Source: the human T2T-CHM13v2.0 reference genome, Homo sapiens
Direction: 5' to 3' (one strand)
NCBI RefSeq assembly: GCF_009914755.1
Contig: NC_060936.1
Length of the DNA stretch: 64,000 nucleotides
Shown here: positions 23,538 through 46,428 of the stretch, in pieces
Layout: the number at the start of each line of letters is the position of its first letter
Numbering within the stretch: the stretch's first letter is position 1
Position numbers and translations under genes: made by a program
Notes under the pieces: model-generated
What the model was told of the DNA's origin: nothing
Database searches by the model: none
Seen by the model: the letters and a program-made list of their open reading frames with translations, nothing else

Positions 23538-24187
23538 TCACTTTCACAATTTCGACAGTTGTTAGTAATGTTCTTTCAATAAGCATCTTTTTTTTCTCTT
23601 TAAAATGTAACTGGTGGGGCGCAGTGGCTCACGCCCGTAATCTCAGCACTTTGGGAGGCCAAGGCAGGCAGATCACCTGAGGTCAGGAGTTCGAGATCAG
23701 CCTGGCCAACATGGCGAAACCACGTCTCTACTAAAAATACAAAAATTAGCTGAGTGTGGTGGCGGGAGCCTGTAATCCCAGCTACTTCGGAGTCTGAGGC
23801 AGGAGAACCTTTTTGCACCCTGGAGGTGGAGGTTGCAGTGAGCCGAGATTGCACCAACGCACTCCAGCCTGGGCAACAGAGTGAGACTCTGACTCAAAAA
23901 AAAAAAAAAAACAAGTAACCTTACACCTATAATCCCAGCACTTTGGGAGGCCACAGTGGGCAGATCACTTAAGCCTAGGAGTTTGAGACCAGCCTGGGCA
24001 ACATGTTGAAACCCTGTCTCTACAAAATACAAAAAAAGTTAGACAGGAGTCGTGGCATGCACCTGTGGTCCCAGCTAGTCAGGAGGCTGAGGTGGGAGGA
24101 TCACTTGAGCCCTGGGGGTGAAGGCTGCACTCCAGCCTGGGAGATATAGCAAGATCCTTTCCCCTCAACCAAAAAAAAGTAACCTTA

Positions 24188-24910
<723 letters not shown>

Positions 24911-25104
24911 CTAATAAAAATACAAAAATTAGTCGAGCATGGTGGCGCATGCCTGTTATCCCAGCTGCTCAAGACGCTGAGGCAGGAGAATCGCTTAAAC
25001 CTGGGAGGCGGAGGTTTCAGTGAGCAGAGATCACACCACTGCACTCCAGTCTGGCAACAGGGTGAGACTCCATCTCAAAAAAAAATAATAATAAAAATGA
25101 ATAA

Positions 25105-25466
<362 letters not shown>

Positions 25467-25469
25467 TAG

Positions 25470-25796
<327 letters not shown>

Positions 25797-26654
25797 TAGT
25801 CATACAGAAAAATAGATCCAATATGCACATGCTCAGCACCCAGTTTGGTGTAAAATAAATACTATTGTAAGCAGTGTGCGTATTGTGTTCTCTGGTGTGT
25901 GTGCTGTTTATCTGGATATGTCATGTCTCGAGCTCTCTGCATGTCTTACCTAGTCTGTCAGTATGTCCTTCAAACTGCTGGAGGGCAGGGACTGGAGGAT
26001 GTTCTTGCAATTAATTCTATGTAGAGAGGCATACAGACAGATGATGAATGAAGGCTTGTGGTGGTAAACTACCAGTGTTCTCCAAGGATTAAATGCTAAA
26101 CCTCAGAAACTGCAGAGGCTGTCCTTTTGTCAATAGACCTCAAGGGGCCTTAGGGGAGGGGACAAGAGACATTCATCTCCACCCAGTTTTATTGGCCTTC
26201 AGCCCCACCTTGTGCTGCTGCCAGGATGGCAGTCTTTCCCCTGGACATTACCATTTTGTCAGTTAGGGTAAACAAGCTGTTCCCCAAATGGCACTATCCA
26301 CCCTAGGTAAGCATATGGGCACTTTCCCCTGCCTCCTCGGAGCTCTCAGTAGGGTTATACACAAAGTGCCAACCTCACAATTTAGTAAAATTCTCCACTT
26401 CAGGTGTGCCTCTATTGCAGCAGTTACTGCTTGTCTGCCCCACCAGACTGTAAGTCCCTAGAAGTCTCTGGCTCACGCCAAAGAGGATCAGTCTCCTGAG
26501 GAGAGTAGGGAAAGCCCTGGAGAGAAAAGGGTTGAGGGCCTTGTGCAGCTAGGGTCCTCTGTTCCCAGCATTTTCCCTGTATCACTCCCAGCAGTGATTC
26601 TGAATGCCAAGGGAGTGGAACATCTTTTATTTTATCTTATTTATTTATTTTTGA

Positions 26655-27037
<383 letters not shown>

Positions 27038-27424
27038 TGATCCGCCCGCCTCAGCCTCCCAAAGTGCTGGGATTACAGGTGTGAGCCACCGCGCCCGGCC
27101 CACACTCTGTTAATTTTTGTATTTTTATTAGAGACGGGGTTTCACCATGTTGGCCAGGATGGTCTTGATCTCTTGACCTTGTGATCCATCCGCCTTGGCC
27201 TCCCAAAGTGCTGGGATTACAGGAGTGAGCCACTGCGCCTAGCCTGGGAGTGGAACACCTTTTAGGAGAGCTATGAAAAAGGACAGGCAGTAGGGCTTTT
27301 ATAATTTGAAGAACAACTCTCCTCTCAGGGGGAAATGTAAGCTTCTCCTCTCCATTACTGCTGTATGCAGTAGAGATCCTTTGAAGATGATCCTTTTCTT
27401 TTTTCTTTCTTTTTTTTTTTTTGA

Positions 27425-27853
<429 letters not shown>

Positions 27854-28374
27854 TAGTAGAAGCGGGGTTTCACTATGTTGGTCAGGCTGGTCTTGAACTC
27901 CTGACTTTGTGATCTGCCTGCCTCGGCCTCCCAAAGTGCTGGGATTACAGGCGTGAGCCACTGTGCCCGGCCAGATGATGCTTTTTAAAGAGTAACATAA
28001 GCCTGGCCATCATGGCGAAATCCCATCTCTACAAAAAATGCAAAAATTAGCCGGGCATGGTAGCACGTACCTGTAGTCCAGCTACTCAGGAGGCTGAGGT
28101 GGGAGAATCGCTTGAGCTCAGGAAGCAGAGGTTGCAGTGAGCCTGAGATGGTGCCACTGCACTCCAGCCTGGGCAAGAATGAGCCCTCGTCTCAAAAAAA
28201 AAAAAAAAAAAAAGAAAAGAAAAAGGAGTAACAGGATTAGATTTTGGAAAAAATGACTCCCAAATATAAACATGTATTTCCAGCTCCTTAATGAACATAT
28301 CTACTGGAACATCCTGCAAGGACTACAAATTCCTTGCACCCAATGCTTGTAGGGGACACCTAGAGTTTGTTTTA

Positions 28375-28818
<444 letters not shown>

Positions 28819-28859
28819 CTATCACTGGTCTTCTTCCCGTCATAGGCACTAACATGTCT

Positions 28860-29806
<947 letters not shown>

Positions 29807-31171
29807 TAAAAGGAAAGACACCACCAAGTTCTAGTCTCTCAAGCCTAACTTAGAATAATTCCTGGCCAGGCGATGGCTCACACCTGTAATCCTAGCACTT
29901 TGGGAGGCCGTGGCAGGTGGATCACCTGAGGTCAGGAGTTCGAGATCAGCCTGGCCAACATGGTGAAACCCCATCTCTACTAAAAATACAGTTAGCAGGG
30001 CGTGGTGGTGTGTGCCTGTAATCCCAGCTACTTGGAGGCTTAGGGAATCACTTGAACCAGGGAGGCGGAGGTTGCAGTGAGCCGAGATTGCACCATTGCA
30101 CTCCAGCCTGGGCAACAGAGCAAGACTCCATCTCAAACAAAACAAAACAAAACAAAAGAAAAACACCTCACTTTTCATCATGTGTGCCCTTCTAGCCCAT
30201 CACTAAATCTTGCCCATTCTGCTCCTTGCTCAATATTCTGTCTCGTTAAATATCTTATTTTTAACACCCCTCATCATTGTTTCCCTGGTTCCTAGTACTG
30301 GTACTCAGTGCTTGGTAGACGGTTGATGCTCAGTAAATGCTTGCAGAATGACTGAACGAATGGTGATATCATCACCTCTAAAAACAAGAGCAAGGATGGA
30401 AAGGTTTTGGCATTTATGTGGCATTTATCAAGTTGGCAGGACTTCAGAGCTATTTTGAAAATGTCACAAATATTTTCATATAAAGTAATGATAGGACTTG
30501 AATCCAAGACTTCCTTTTTTAATTTTTTCTTTTTTTTTGAGACAGTGTCTTGCTTTGTCACCCAGGCTGCGCAATCTTGGCTCACTGCAACCTCTGCCTC
30601 CCAGGTTCAAGCAATACTCCTGCCTCAGCTTCCTGAGTAGCTGGGACTACAGGTGTGCGCTACCACGCCTGGCTAATTTTTGTATTTTTAGTAGAGACGG
30701 GGTTTCACCATGTTGGCCAGGCTGGTCTTGAACTCTTGACCTTGTGATACACCTGCCTCAGCCTCCCAAAGTGCTGGGATTACAGGTGTAAGCCACCGTG
30801 CCCGGCCTTTTTTTTTTTTTTTCTTTTTCTTTTTAAGACAGAGTCTCCCTCTGTCACTCAGGTTGGCATGCAGTGGTATGATCGTTGCTCCTTGCAGACT
30901 CAACCTCCCAGGCTGGAGTGACCCTCCCTCCTCAGCCTCCTAAGTGGCTGGGAGTATAGGTGCGCTCTACCGTGCCTGGCCTAGTTTTTAAATTTTTTGT
31001 AGAGATGGGGGTCTATGTTGCCTAGGCTGGTGTAAAACTCCTGGGCTCACGTTATCCTCCCGCCTCAGCCTCCCAAAGTGCTGGGATTAAAGGTGTGAGC
31101 CACCACATCCAGCCCTTTAAAATTTTTTTTAAAAATAAGAGATAGAGGTCTCATCATCTTGCCCAGGCTAG

Positions 31172-31666
<495 letters not shown>

Positions 31667-31928
31667 TAGCTCTAAAATGTTATTACCCCTTTCCAAGTGT
31701 ATCTGTTTATCAACCAAAGTGGGGAGTGGGGAGCACATGCAGGATTAAGGAGAAGAGTCTGTGGCCCTTGGTATCATAAAAGAATTACAGTCAGGAGTTA
31801 GGGTGAGCTGGGGGTCAGGGATGTGACTAAACCTTTCTGAACCTGGGGCAGAATCAATAACCATACCTAAGTGGAAAACAGTGTGCTGGGTTGCAACAAT
31901 GCCCTTTGTCAAATAAACAATCCACAGA

Positions 31929-32389
31929 TAGTCAGAATCAGACTTTATTTAACAATCTGAAAATGTGTTCTTCCGGCTTTAAGTCTTGCAAAATGGGTCG
32001 TAAGTCAAAGACAGATTTGTTCACTATCCTCTGAGTGTGTGTGGTTATGTCTCTGTATAGGCAAGTGTCTGTGTCTATAGATACTTTTGCTTTTTATAGT
32101 GATTAAAGCTCCACTTTAGTTAATGTATAAAGTCTTATTCTAATAATGCTAAAACCAGAATTAAATATTCCCTGAGTCTAATGTTCTCTTCTCCCCAGCC
32201 TGCCTCCCTCCATCCCTCCCGTAAGGCTGCTCCTCCGCCTCCATTAATGCCAGGTCTTTAGACAGCACCAGCATTCCTACTGAGAACCCAGGGATGGATG
32301 CTGGCTCTTATATCCCTCTGACCTATACCCTCTGGTTGAAGAGCTTCTCTGGCGAGGTTTGGGGCAGGAGGAGTCTTGGTAGTTTCTCT
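31929..32389 (-). other. BIN2: BIN2 3' UTR
   Basis: Repeat-free segment between the stop codon and the AATAAA; end approximate. Confidence 0.8.
31944..31949 (-). terminator. BIN2: BIN2 polyadenylation signal AATAAA
   Basis: Plus strand tttatt; followed on the minus strand by GU/U-rich ctgtggattgtttatttg. Confidence 0.85.
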
Positions 32390-32419
32390 TCAGAGTTGTG
32401 GATTTTCACTTGTGGATAC
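32390..32419 (-). CDS. BIN2: BIN2 last exon, coding part (VSTSENPQL*)
   Basis: tttccag|GTA TCC ACA AGT GAA AAT CCA CAA CTC TGA. Confidence 0.94.
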   Translation of the reverse strand, partial: VSTSENPQL

Positions 32420-33172
32420 CTGGAAAGTAAACATGATTGTGTTAGGTGTTGACCTGCCTTCCCACCAACCACTTATGGAGGGGTTAAACTCAGTTTGCTT
32501 CTACTGAATTATACTTCATGTAATGCCACTGGCCTCTCTTGAGGGAGGCAATGTGAAACTGGTTGTTGGGATTATTGCAAGGACTTGTTGCAGATATTGT
32601 TCATTACATCATTCACAATATCTTTATGATGATTCACAGGAGAATTTCTTTTTTTTTCTTTTTGAGACATAGTCTTGCTCTGTCTCCCAGGCTGGAGTGT
32701 AGTGGCACAATCATAGCTAACTGTAGCCTTGAACTCCAGGGCTCAAGTATTCTCACCTCAGCCTCTGAGTAGCTAGGACTACAGGCGCACACAACCATGC
32801 CTGGCTAATTTATTAAAAAAAAAATTTGTTGCCTAGAATGGTCTTGAACTCCTGGGCTCAAGTGATCCTCCCACCTCAGCCTCCCAAAGTGCTGGGATTA
32901 CAGGTGTGAGCCCTGGCACCTAGCCTCCTTAAGGAATGAGCATTGTGAATTGGGTTAACTGATCAGGTTTTTCTCTTCTTGGATTTTAGAAAGTCTGGAA
33001 CCAATTTCATGGTCATCCTTAGTAAGCTTATTTTATAGAATGCATTTTTTATACTTGCCTAATTCATGGCTCCATTTTACATCACTATCCTGTCTCATAT
33101 AATTCTGAGTTTTTCTGCTGTATGTTGTGTATATGTGTGTATGTTAATATAATAAACATATATATATATATG

Positions 33173-35300
<2,128 letters not shown>

Positions 35301-35610
35301 TATAATATGACCTTTTTGCATTTAAAAAAAATATCTTAACCTCTTTAACTCCTTTTTGAAATAATTTGAGATTTAATTAAATAAATACCTAGAAGATAGG
35401 GCCAGTTTAAGGTCAAGTATAGGAAAATGGGCACGGAGATACCATGAAGTCCCAGTTCATTCTTGTTTCCTCTGATTCCCACCTGCTTGACTGCCCTAAG
35501 GGTATGGTTCACTGCCGGATTCCCCTTGTAGCCTGTGGTGAAGATTCCAGCCTTTTCCCAAACCCCTGTCAATCTAATGCCCAATCTATTCTCTGTATAT
35601 CTGGTCTTAC

Positions 35611-35682
35611 CTCTTCTTGAGGTTCAGGTGCTGTGAGGTTGTTGTTTTCTGGTACCATGGAGACTTGAAGCTGGTCTTGGCC
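35611..35682 (-). CDS. BIN2: BIN2 exon 12 ([24 protein letters not shown])
   Basis: ctttgtag|GGCCAAGAC...GAAGAG|gtaaga; 72 nt. Confidence 0.95.
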
Positions 35683-36442
35683 CTACAAAGAGAAGAGTTC
35701 TGCCAGTAAGAGGTGGCTCAACCTTTCCAGCCTCTCAGCATAGAAGTGTCTTCTGTGCCTTATACTTTACAAGGGTCTCAGTATTTGTACTATTACAAAG
35801 GGCAAAATACAGTGTTGTTTCACCAGAGCCTGAAGGCATCGGGAAAGGCTTTCATCCATCCTCTTTTACAGATGAATAAACTAAGATTCAAAGGGTAAAA
35901 AGACTTGCTGGGACAGGAAACCAGGTCTTTGAATTCCTGAGTTGTTTCCATGATCAAACACCATGTAATCTGTGTGACATGGTGTGGATGTGTATCTATA
36001 AGGGAGTGCGAGGTCTTAAAATTACTACCTGCCACTTTTAGATGAACCGTCCTCAAGAATGTACTGCAACTCTCACACTTAAGTGATCCTAATTCATGAC
36101 ACGCAGTTAGGAGAAGCAAGTGGTAAAATAATTTCTTTGGGAAAAATTTTAGGTTCTGAGATGGGAACCCAAGGTGTAGGAAGCCCAGTCTAGACCACAT
36201 GCAGGGGTGCACACCTGTAGTCCCAGCTCCTTGAGAGGCTGAGGCAGGAGGATCACTTGAGGCCAGGAGTATCAAGGTTGCAGTGCACTATGATTGCACC
36301 TGTGAATACCCACTGCACTCCAGCCTGGGCAACATAGTGAGATCATCTCTAAAAATATAAATTTAAAAAAAAAGAAAGAAAGCCCTGCCTAGAAACTGCT
36401 ATGCTAGGGGAAGACCCTGTGAGGTTTAAAATAAGTTTTTAA

Positions 36443-36741
<299 letters not shown>

Positions 36742-38174
36742 TGATCCACTCCCCTCAGCCTCCCAAAGTGTTGGGATTACAGGTGTGAGCCATGGCACCT
36801 GGCCAACAGAACCAATTTCTAACAGTGTGATAGCCACTTGAAATTCCAAGATTTCTCCTTCAAGGACATTTTCTTTCTTTTTACTCCCTCCTCCCTTTCC
36901 AGGTCATGAATTAGCTCAAAGGTGATGTTACATCACCTCCCGGAAAGTTATCAAAACCTTCCATCTCTCTGAAATGATTCAAATGGTAAGCAAGAACAGA
37001 TTTTTTCCCAGTAATTTTTTTTCAAAAATGGCTATGTTTTTTCCCAGTTATATTTATATTTACCCATTTTTACATGTGACATGTCCATAATTCTGCCTGA
37101 GAGAAAATATGATTTATAATGCATCTGCAAGGGAAGTGAGCATACACAGGCTTCAGAGGATTGATGACACGAATAGGCTAGGATCTAAGATGCTCTAGTT
37201 GCTTAATTCTACAGGAAAAATATTTCTCCTTAGCTGATGACCAAAGCAATCCCACCAGAGAGGCTAAGAGTAAGGAAATATTATAAATCTAAAATATAAG
37301 GAGACAGACTCAGGCGGAAGGAGAGTGTATCCTGTACCTCTTTTCCAGGGAGGACAGTGTTACTAGCCTGTTTCTTAAAATGGTCAGAAAGAGTCTTGGC
37401 TCCTATAAACTCCTCCCTTCAAAAAGATGACTCCAAGAATGCAAGCTTGTTTTATCATTCCCCAGAGGCAATCAAAAAGTCACTCTATTACTGTCTCCAT
37501 CTAAAATCATATAATACATTATAAAATCAAATTGAAATCAATTCAACCATTGAGTTGCTCTTTTCAGTGCAGAAAAATGAGAAGTGGCTATGCTTACCTA
37601 CTCAAAACCCCGCATCTATCCTGCACTTATTCACTCTCCACATGTCCTGCCTATCTCTCTCCATCAGCACAGCTGCCTCAGACTAGAAACTGACCAAGGA
37701 AAAGTCATTTTTATTATTTAAAAAATCTTTTTTTGAGATGGGGTCTCACTCTGTTGCCCAGGCTGGAGTGCAGTGGCGTGATCATGGCTCACTGTACCCT
37801 TGACCTCCCTGGGCTCAGGTGATCCCACCTCAGCTTCCCAAGTAGCTGGGGCCACAGGCATGTGACACTACGCCTGGCTAATTTTTGTATTTTTTGTAGA
37901 GATGGGTTTTTCCTATGTTGCCCAGGCTGATCTTAGACTCCTGGGGTCAAGTGATCCACCTGCCTCAGCCCCCAACAAAGTGCTAGGATTACAGCCACCT
38001 TGGGAGGTTGAGGCACTGCACCCAAATCTTTTTATTAAATTTTTTTTAAAGAGATGGGATCTCACTATGTTGCCCAAGCTGGAGTGCAGTGGCTATTCAC
38101 AGGTGTGATCGTAGCATACTACAGTGTCAAACACCTGGGCTCAAGTGATCCTCCCGCCTCAGCATCCTGAGTAG

Positions 38175-38460
<286 letters not shown>

Positions 38461-38517
38461 TGACCTCAGGTGATCCGCCCACCTCAGCCTCCCAAACTGC
38501 TGGGATTACAGGCGTGA

Positions 38518-38749
<232 letters not shown>

Positions 38750-39000
38750 TAGCCAGGATGATCTCGATCTCCTGACCTGGGAATCCGCCCGCCTCTGCCT
38801 CCCAAAGTGCTGGGATTACAGGCATGAGCCACCGCGCCCGGCCAGGACAAGTTTTACATCTTGCTCTGTTAGGGCCCTCAGTGCTTCATGTGAATCAAGA
38901 CTGAAGGCCTCTGAAAGATATACTTCTGGAAAAAGAAAAATAAATTTTAATGTATAAAAAAATAGGGCATCATCATGTAGATGACTTAGGCTTTTAGTAC

Positions 39001-39081
39001 CTCCGAGGAGTCAGCTGAGATAAGCTTATTATCCTTTTCCTTGTCTTCCATCTTCTTTGCCTCTCCAGGCTCTGAAGCAAC
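39001..39081 (-). CDS. BIN2: BIN2 exon 11 ([27 protein letters not shown])
   Basis: cacag|GTTGCTTCA...TCGGAG|gtacta; 81 nt. Confidence 0.94.
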
Positions 39082-41634
39082 CTGTGAATCAAAGTGAACA
39101 ATGGAGGAGAGAGTCCCACACCTTCCACCTGGGGGCCATCCCTGTGCCCTTGGTCCATATTAGCTCCTCTCAGATATCAGGAGGCTCCCGAGGTAGCCTT
39201 GGTCAGACACAGGCAGTAGTAGGGTGGTGTGATCTAACGAGTGTCAGAAATCTCACACACTTCTCCCGGATATACACATGGCTCATGTGCTAGCCTTCTT
39301 CATTGCTCACATGTCACCGCTGACTGCTCTATAAACTTGCAACTCAGCTCCCACTCCCTGTGTCCTTCCCTACTTAATTTTTCTTCATATCACTTATCAT
39401 TACTAGATTGTAATTTTATTTATTCTTTTTTTTTGTCTGTCTTCCGCACTAAAATATAAGCCTCAGGAAGGCAGGGTATTTTGTTTTGTTCACTGTCATA
39501 CCCCACCTCCTAGAAAAGTCCCAGGCACACTGTAGGGGCTCAGTAAGTAATTGTAGAATGAATAAATCTTGTTGCCATCTAGTCAGACATTTCACCATAA
39601 TCCTCTCTACAATGTACCTGACTGGAGATAATCTATCCTAGATCTTTTTTTTTTTTTTGAGACAGGGTCTTGCTCTGTTGCCAGGCTGGAGTGCAACGTG
39701 GCACAATCTTGGCTTACTGCAACTTCTGCCTCCTGGGTTCAAGCGATTCTCCTGCCTCAGCCTCCCGAGTAGCTGGGATTACGGCACACACCACCATGCC
39801 CAACAAACTTTTTGTATTTTTAGTAGAGACGGGGTTTCACCATGTTGGCCAGGATGGTCTCGATCTCCTGACCTCATGATCCGCCCACCTCAGCCTCCCG
39901 AAGTGCTGGGATTACAGGCGTGAGCCACTGCGCCCGGCCCTTAGCTCTTAACATCAAGGAAAGAGAACTAATTTTCAAGGCGGCCCATCCCATATTTTTT
40001 TTGATCAGCCCCTTGTGTCTCCTTTGCCCTTCCACAATACTTTTTTTCCATCCCATTTAAAAAATTGAGCTAATTGTTGAAAGTTCCTCTTGTATTGATC
40101 CAAAATGTATCTTAAAAAGTCTTTATATGTAGTTTCTGCCTCTGCCCTCTGGAGTGTCACAGAACAAGTCAAATCCCTATATGATAGTCTTTCCATATAA
40201 TGTGACTAGAATATGACTTGAGGCCGGGCACGGTGGCTCACACCTGTAAGCCCAGCACTTTGGGAGGCGGAGATGGGAGGACCACTGGAGCCCAGGAGTT
40301 TGAAACCAGCCTGGGCAACATGGCGAAACCCCATCTCTACCAAAAATACAAAAATGAGGCAGGCATGGTGGCATGCGCCTGTAGTACCAGCTACGTGGGA
40401 GGCTAAGGAGGGAAGATCACTGGGGCCCAGAGAGGTCAAGGCTGCAGTGAGTCATGATCATGCCATTGCACTCCAGCCTGGGTGACAGAGTGAGACCCTG
40501 TCTCAAAAGAAAGAAAGAAAAAAAAGAGTATGACTTGATTTACAGATCCTTCACAGAACTAGTTGCTCTTCAATGGGTTGGCATCTCTCAATTTTTTTTC
40601 AAGACTTAAAAATTTTTTTTTGAGATAGGGTCTCACTCTGGTGCCCAGGCTGGAGTGTAGTAGTGCTCACTGCAGCCTCGACCTCATAAGCTCAAGCAAT
40701 CCTCCTGTCTCAGCCTCCCAAGTAAGGAGCAGCCTTTTCAAAAGGCTGTCCTTTTTGCTTTACTTCCCTCTGTGAGTTCCTGCTTCTAGGTCTTCTCATC
40801 AGAGAAGACACACCCTGGAAATTTGCTGCCATTTTTTTTCAGGGTCTATTTACCATAGTCACAGGTATAATGAACTGAAGTGAGACCCACCCTCCTGCCC
40901 CCACTAAAGAAGGTAAAGCTCAGGATTCCAACTATTGGTCCTTTATTTTTTTGAATTTATTATTTATTTATTTATTTATTTTATTTTGTATTAATTTTTT
41001 TTTAACTTTTTCTTTTTCTTTTCTTTGAGACACAGTCTCACTCTGTTGCCCAGGCTGGAGTGCAGTGATGTGATGTCGGCTTACTGCAACGTCTGCCTCC
41101 TGGGTTCAAGTGATTCTCATGTTCTTGTGCCTCAGGCCTTCCAAGTAGCTGAGACTACAGACACCACCATGCCTGGCTAATTTTTGTATTTTTAATGGAG
41201 ACAGGGTTTCACCATGTTGGTTGGCCAGGCTGGTCTCGAACTCCTGGCCTCAAGTGATCTGCCTGCCTTGGCCTCCCAAAGTGCTGGAATTACAGGTGTG
41301 AGACACGACGCCCGGCTTCAACTAAAGGTTCTTTATACTAGGAACTCCCAGAACTTGGAGGAAAAGAAAGAAATTAGTAAGAATCTGCTCATTAACACTA
41401 CTAGAGATAAGCCCCTTATAGAAGTCAATTACTGGCTGGGCGAGGTGGCTCACGCCTGTAATCCCAGCACTTTGGGAGGCCGAGGCAGGCGGATCACGAG
41501 GTCAGGAGTTCGGCACCAGCCTGCCCAACTTGGAGAAACCAGCTGGGCGAGGTGGCTCACCCCTGTAATCCCAGCACTTTGGGAGGCTGAGGCGGGTAGA
41601 TCACAAGGTCAGGAGATCGAGACCATCCTGACTA

Positions 41635-42095
<461 letters not shown>

Positions 42096-42484
42096 TTACT
42101 AAATTAATAGCTATGAAGACATGAAACAATCCCCAAAACCAAAAAAGGTGTCCAAGAGTATTCTGACTATAGTAAAGATACCTACATGGAGGTTATAAAA
42201 GGATATAAAGACCCTACCAGAGCCGGGTGCAGTGGCTCACATCTGTAATCTCAGCACTTTGGGAGGCCAAGACAGGAGGATCACTTGAGGCCAGGAATTC
42301 AAGACCAGTCTGGGCAACATAAGGAGACCCTATCTCTGTTGGCAGAGGATCACTTGAGCTTGAGAGGTCGAGACTGCAATGAGCTGTGATCGCACCACTA
42401 CACTCCAGCCTGGACGCCTGAGTGAGACCCTAGCTTAAATAAATAAATTAATTAAATTAAATACCCAACCAGAACTACTCTTAC

Positions 42485-43238
42485 CTGAGATGTCATTAAG
42501 GTGGGGGAAGTACAAAGTTCTTCAGGGTTCTGATTGTGGATGTTTTCATTTTCTTTGGCCTCAGGAGTTCTTACTGGCTTCTCTGGTGGTTCTGGATTAG
42601 GAGAGACCTCTAGGGAGGTCCTAGGACTTGCAGTCCCAGTCCCCAAGGAGGCCCTAGGGCTGGTGGGTGAACCCCCTCCAGAGGCTGTAGGGCTGGAAGG
42701 TATGTTCCCTGAGGAGGGCCTGGGGCTTGCAGTGGCTCTGGGTGGAGGAGGCCTACTAGGGGGTGCTGAGGTCCTCTGGATAGAGGCTCTCTTCTTTGGT
42801 TGTTCAGATCCTTCACTTGCGGTGCGGGTTCGGAGGACTACTTCTGTGGCAGATGATGAAGGCTGCCCTGAAGGGCTCAGGGCTCCGCCTGGTGATGGAG
42901 TTGTGGAGCTGGGGAGAACTTCCTCCTGGGACTTGGCCCTCTCAGTGGTAGGAGAGGGCTGGGCCTGGGCGGGGCCATTGCAGGCTGGTAGAGGCTCATC
43001 TTCCTCAGAGGAGCTTGCTTCAGATCCTTCCTTCTCTATTTCCTCCTCTTCTAAGAGCTCCTTGATCTCAGAATTGTCTTCCCCTTGGGCTGCATCAGGT
43101 GCCAGATCTTCAGTTGCTGAGACAGATTCACTCTCACTCTTCAAGGAAAGTGTAGAGGGACTAGTAGGTGAGGTAAGAGGACTGGAGACTGTAGCTGTTC
43201 GAACTGGGGGAGAAATGACTAAAGAGCGCCTGCTGCTG
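42485..43238 (-). CDS. BIN2: BIN2 exon 10, large Ser/Pro/Glu-rich disordered region ([12 protein letters not shown]...LMTSQ)
   Basis: tttttag|CAGCAGCAGGCGC...TCTCAG|gtaaga; 754 nt open frame; overlaps track ORF 42452..43144. Confidence 0.97.
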
Positions 43239-43522
43239 CTAAAAAAGGAAGGTGTTCAGATTCAGAACGGCTAAAAACCAGAAGCAATGTAAATATGCAA
43301 AACTTACGATGCACGTAATAAAAAAAAGAATAAAGCAATTTAAAATGTTAGAAAGTTTGCATAATTTACAATAACACTTATACAGTGAAATGAATAAAGG
43401 CCAAAATTTTATCTATATCATGAACTCAATTATGTAAAAATATGTACAGAGAAAGAGACTGGAAAGAAACACTGCAAAATGTCGCAAATATTTCCTCTGG
43501 GGCAAAGATTAATGGGTGATAT

Positions 43523-44097
43523 ACAGTTGAACTACACAGATTTCATATCTGTGAATTACCTACTTATTTATTTGGAACCCCCAAATCAATACTTGTGGCA
43601 CTTTCCCAGTCACTATTGGAGATGCCCAAGTGGTGAAGAATGAGTTGCCTGGCATGCACTTTCCAGATGAAGTCTAACAAGGCAATCATCTACCTTCTTG
43701 CTTCCGTTCTCAAACTGTAAACAAATGTCCTTTCCACCATGTTTTCCTAACTTTGTGCTTTTTGCTGGTGATTTTGCTACTTTAAATGGCCCCCAAGCTG
43801 TAGTGCTAAGTGCAAAAAGACTGTGATGTGCCTTCCAGAGAAAATACATGTATTATTAGGTAAGCTTCATTCAGGCATGAGTTACAATGCTGCTGGTTGT
43901 GAGTTCAATATTAATAAATTAATAATATATATTAAATAAGGTATCTTTAAACAGAAACTCACATAAAACAAGGTTATATGTTGGGTGGTTGATGAAAATG
44001 TTGTGACCAGGGGCTCACAGAAACCTGTGTTTTGATGTTCAGTGAGTATGGCAACTTTATAAAACAAAACTACCATGAACAACAAGAATCAACCATA
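43523..44097 (+). mobile_element. MER82 (TcMar-Tigger) DNA transposon
   Basis: cccccaaatcaatact...tttaaatggcccccaag...gaaaatgttgtgaccagg...aacaacaagaatcaacc. Confidence 0.75.
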
Positions 44098-44098
44098 A

Positions 44099-44386
<288 letters not shown>

Positions 44387-44529
44387 TAGTAGAGATGGGG
44401 TTTCACTGTGTTAGCCAGGATGGTCTCGATCTCTTGACCTCGTGATCCACCTGCCTCGGCCTCCCAAAGTGCTGGGATTACAGGCGTGAGCCATCGTGCC
44501 TGGCACAAAAACTTACATAGATCGATTTT

Positions 44530-45800
<1,271 letters not shown>

Positions 45801-46320
45801 TTTTTATTAATTTTTTTAGAGACAGGGTCTTGCTCTGTCATCCAGGCTGGAGTGCAGTGGCATGATCATAGCTCACTGCACCCTCAAACTCCTGCACTCA
45901 AGTGATCCTCCTGCTTCAGCCTCCTGAGTAGCTAGGAGTACAGTTACGCACCACCTTGCCCGGCTAATTTTTTTTTTCTTTTAATCTTTTTTTGTAGAGA
46001 TGAGATTTCACTATGTTGCCCAGACTGGTTTCAAACTCCTGATCTCAAGTAATTCTCCTGCCTCAGCCTCCCAAAGTACTGGGATTATAGGCATGAGCCA
46101 CCATTGTCTGGCCTTGAAATATTCAGTAAAAAGTGGCCGGGCGCGGTGGCTCACGCCTGTAATCCCAGCACTTTGTGAGGCCGAGGCGGGCGGATCACGA
46201 GGTCAGGAGATTGAGACCATCCTGGATAACACGGTGAAACGCCATCTCTACTAAAAATACAAAAAAAAAAAAAAAAAAAAATGAGCCGGGCGTGATGGCG
46301 GGCGCCTGTAGTCCCAGCTA

Positions 46321-46428
<108 letters not shown>

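Noticed and set aside
32414-32425. CAG|GTATCC at the BIN2 last exon as a recursive splice site
   Set aside because: Weak donor, short intron, and no downstream BIN2 exon.
40730-40748. Palindrome CAGCCTTTT-C-AAAAGGCTG resembling a histone stem-loop or terminator
   Set aside because: Does not fit the histone stem-loop consensus; isolated, intronic, beside a truncated Alu.
42534-43274. 246-aa plus-strand ORF
   Set aside because: Antisense shadow of the low-complexity BIN2 exon 10; near-cognate start, no independent support.
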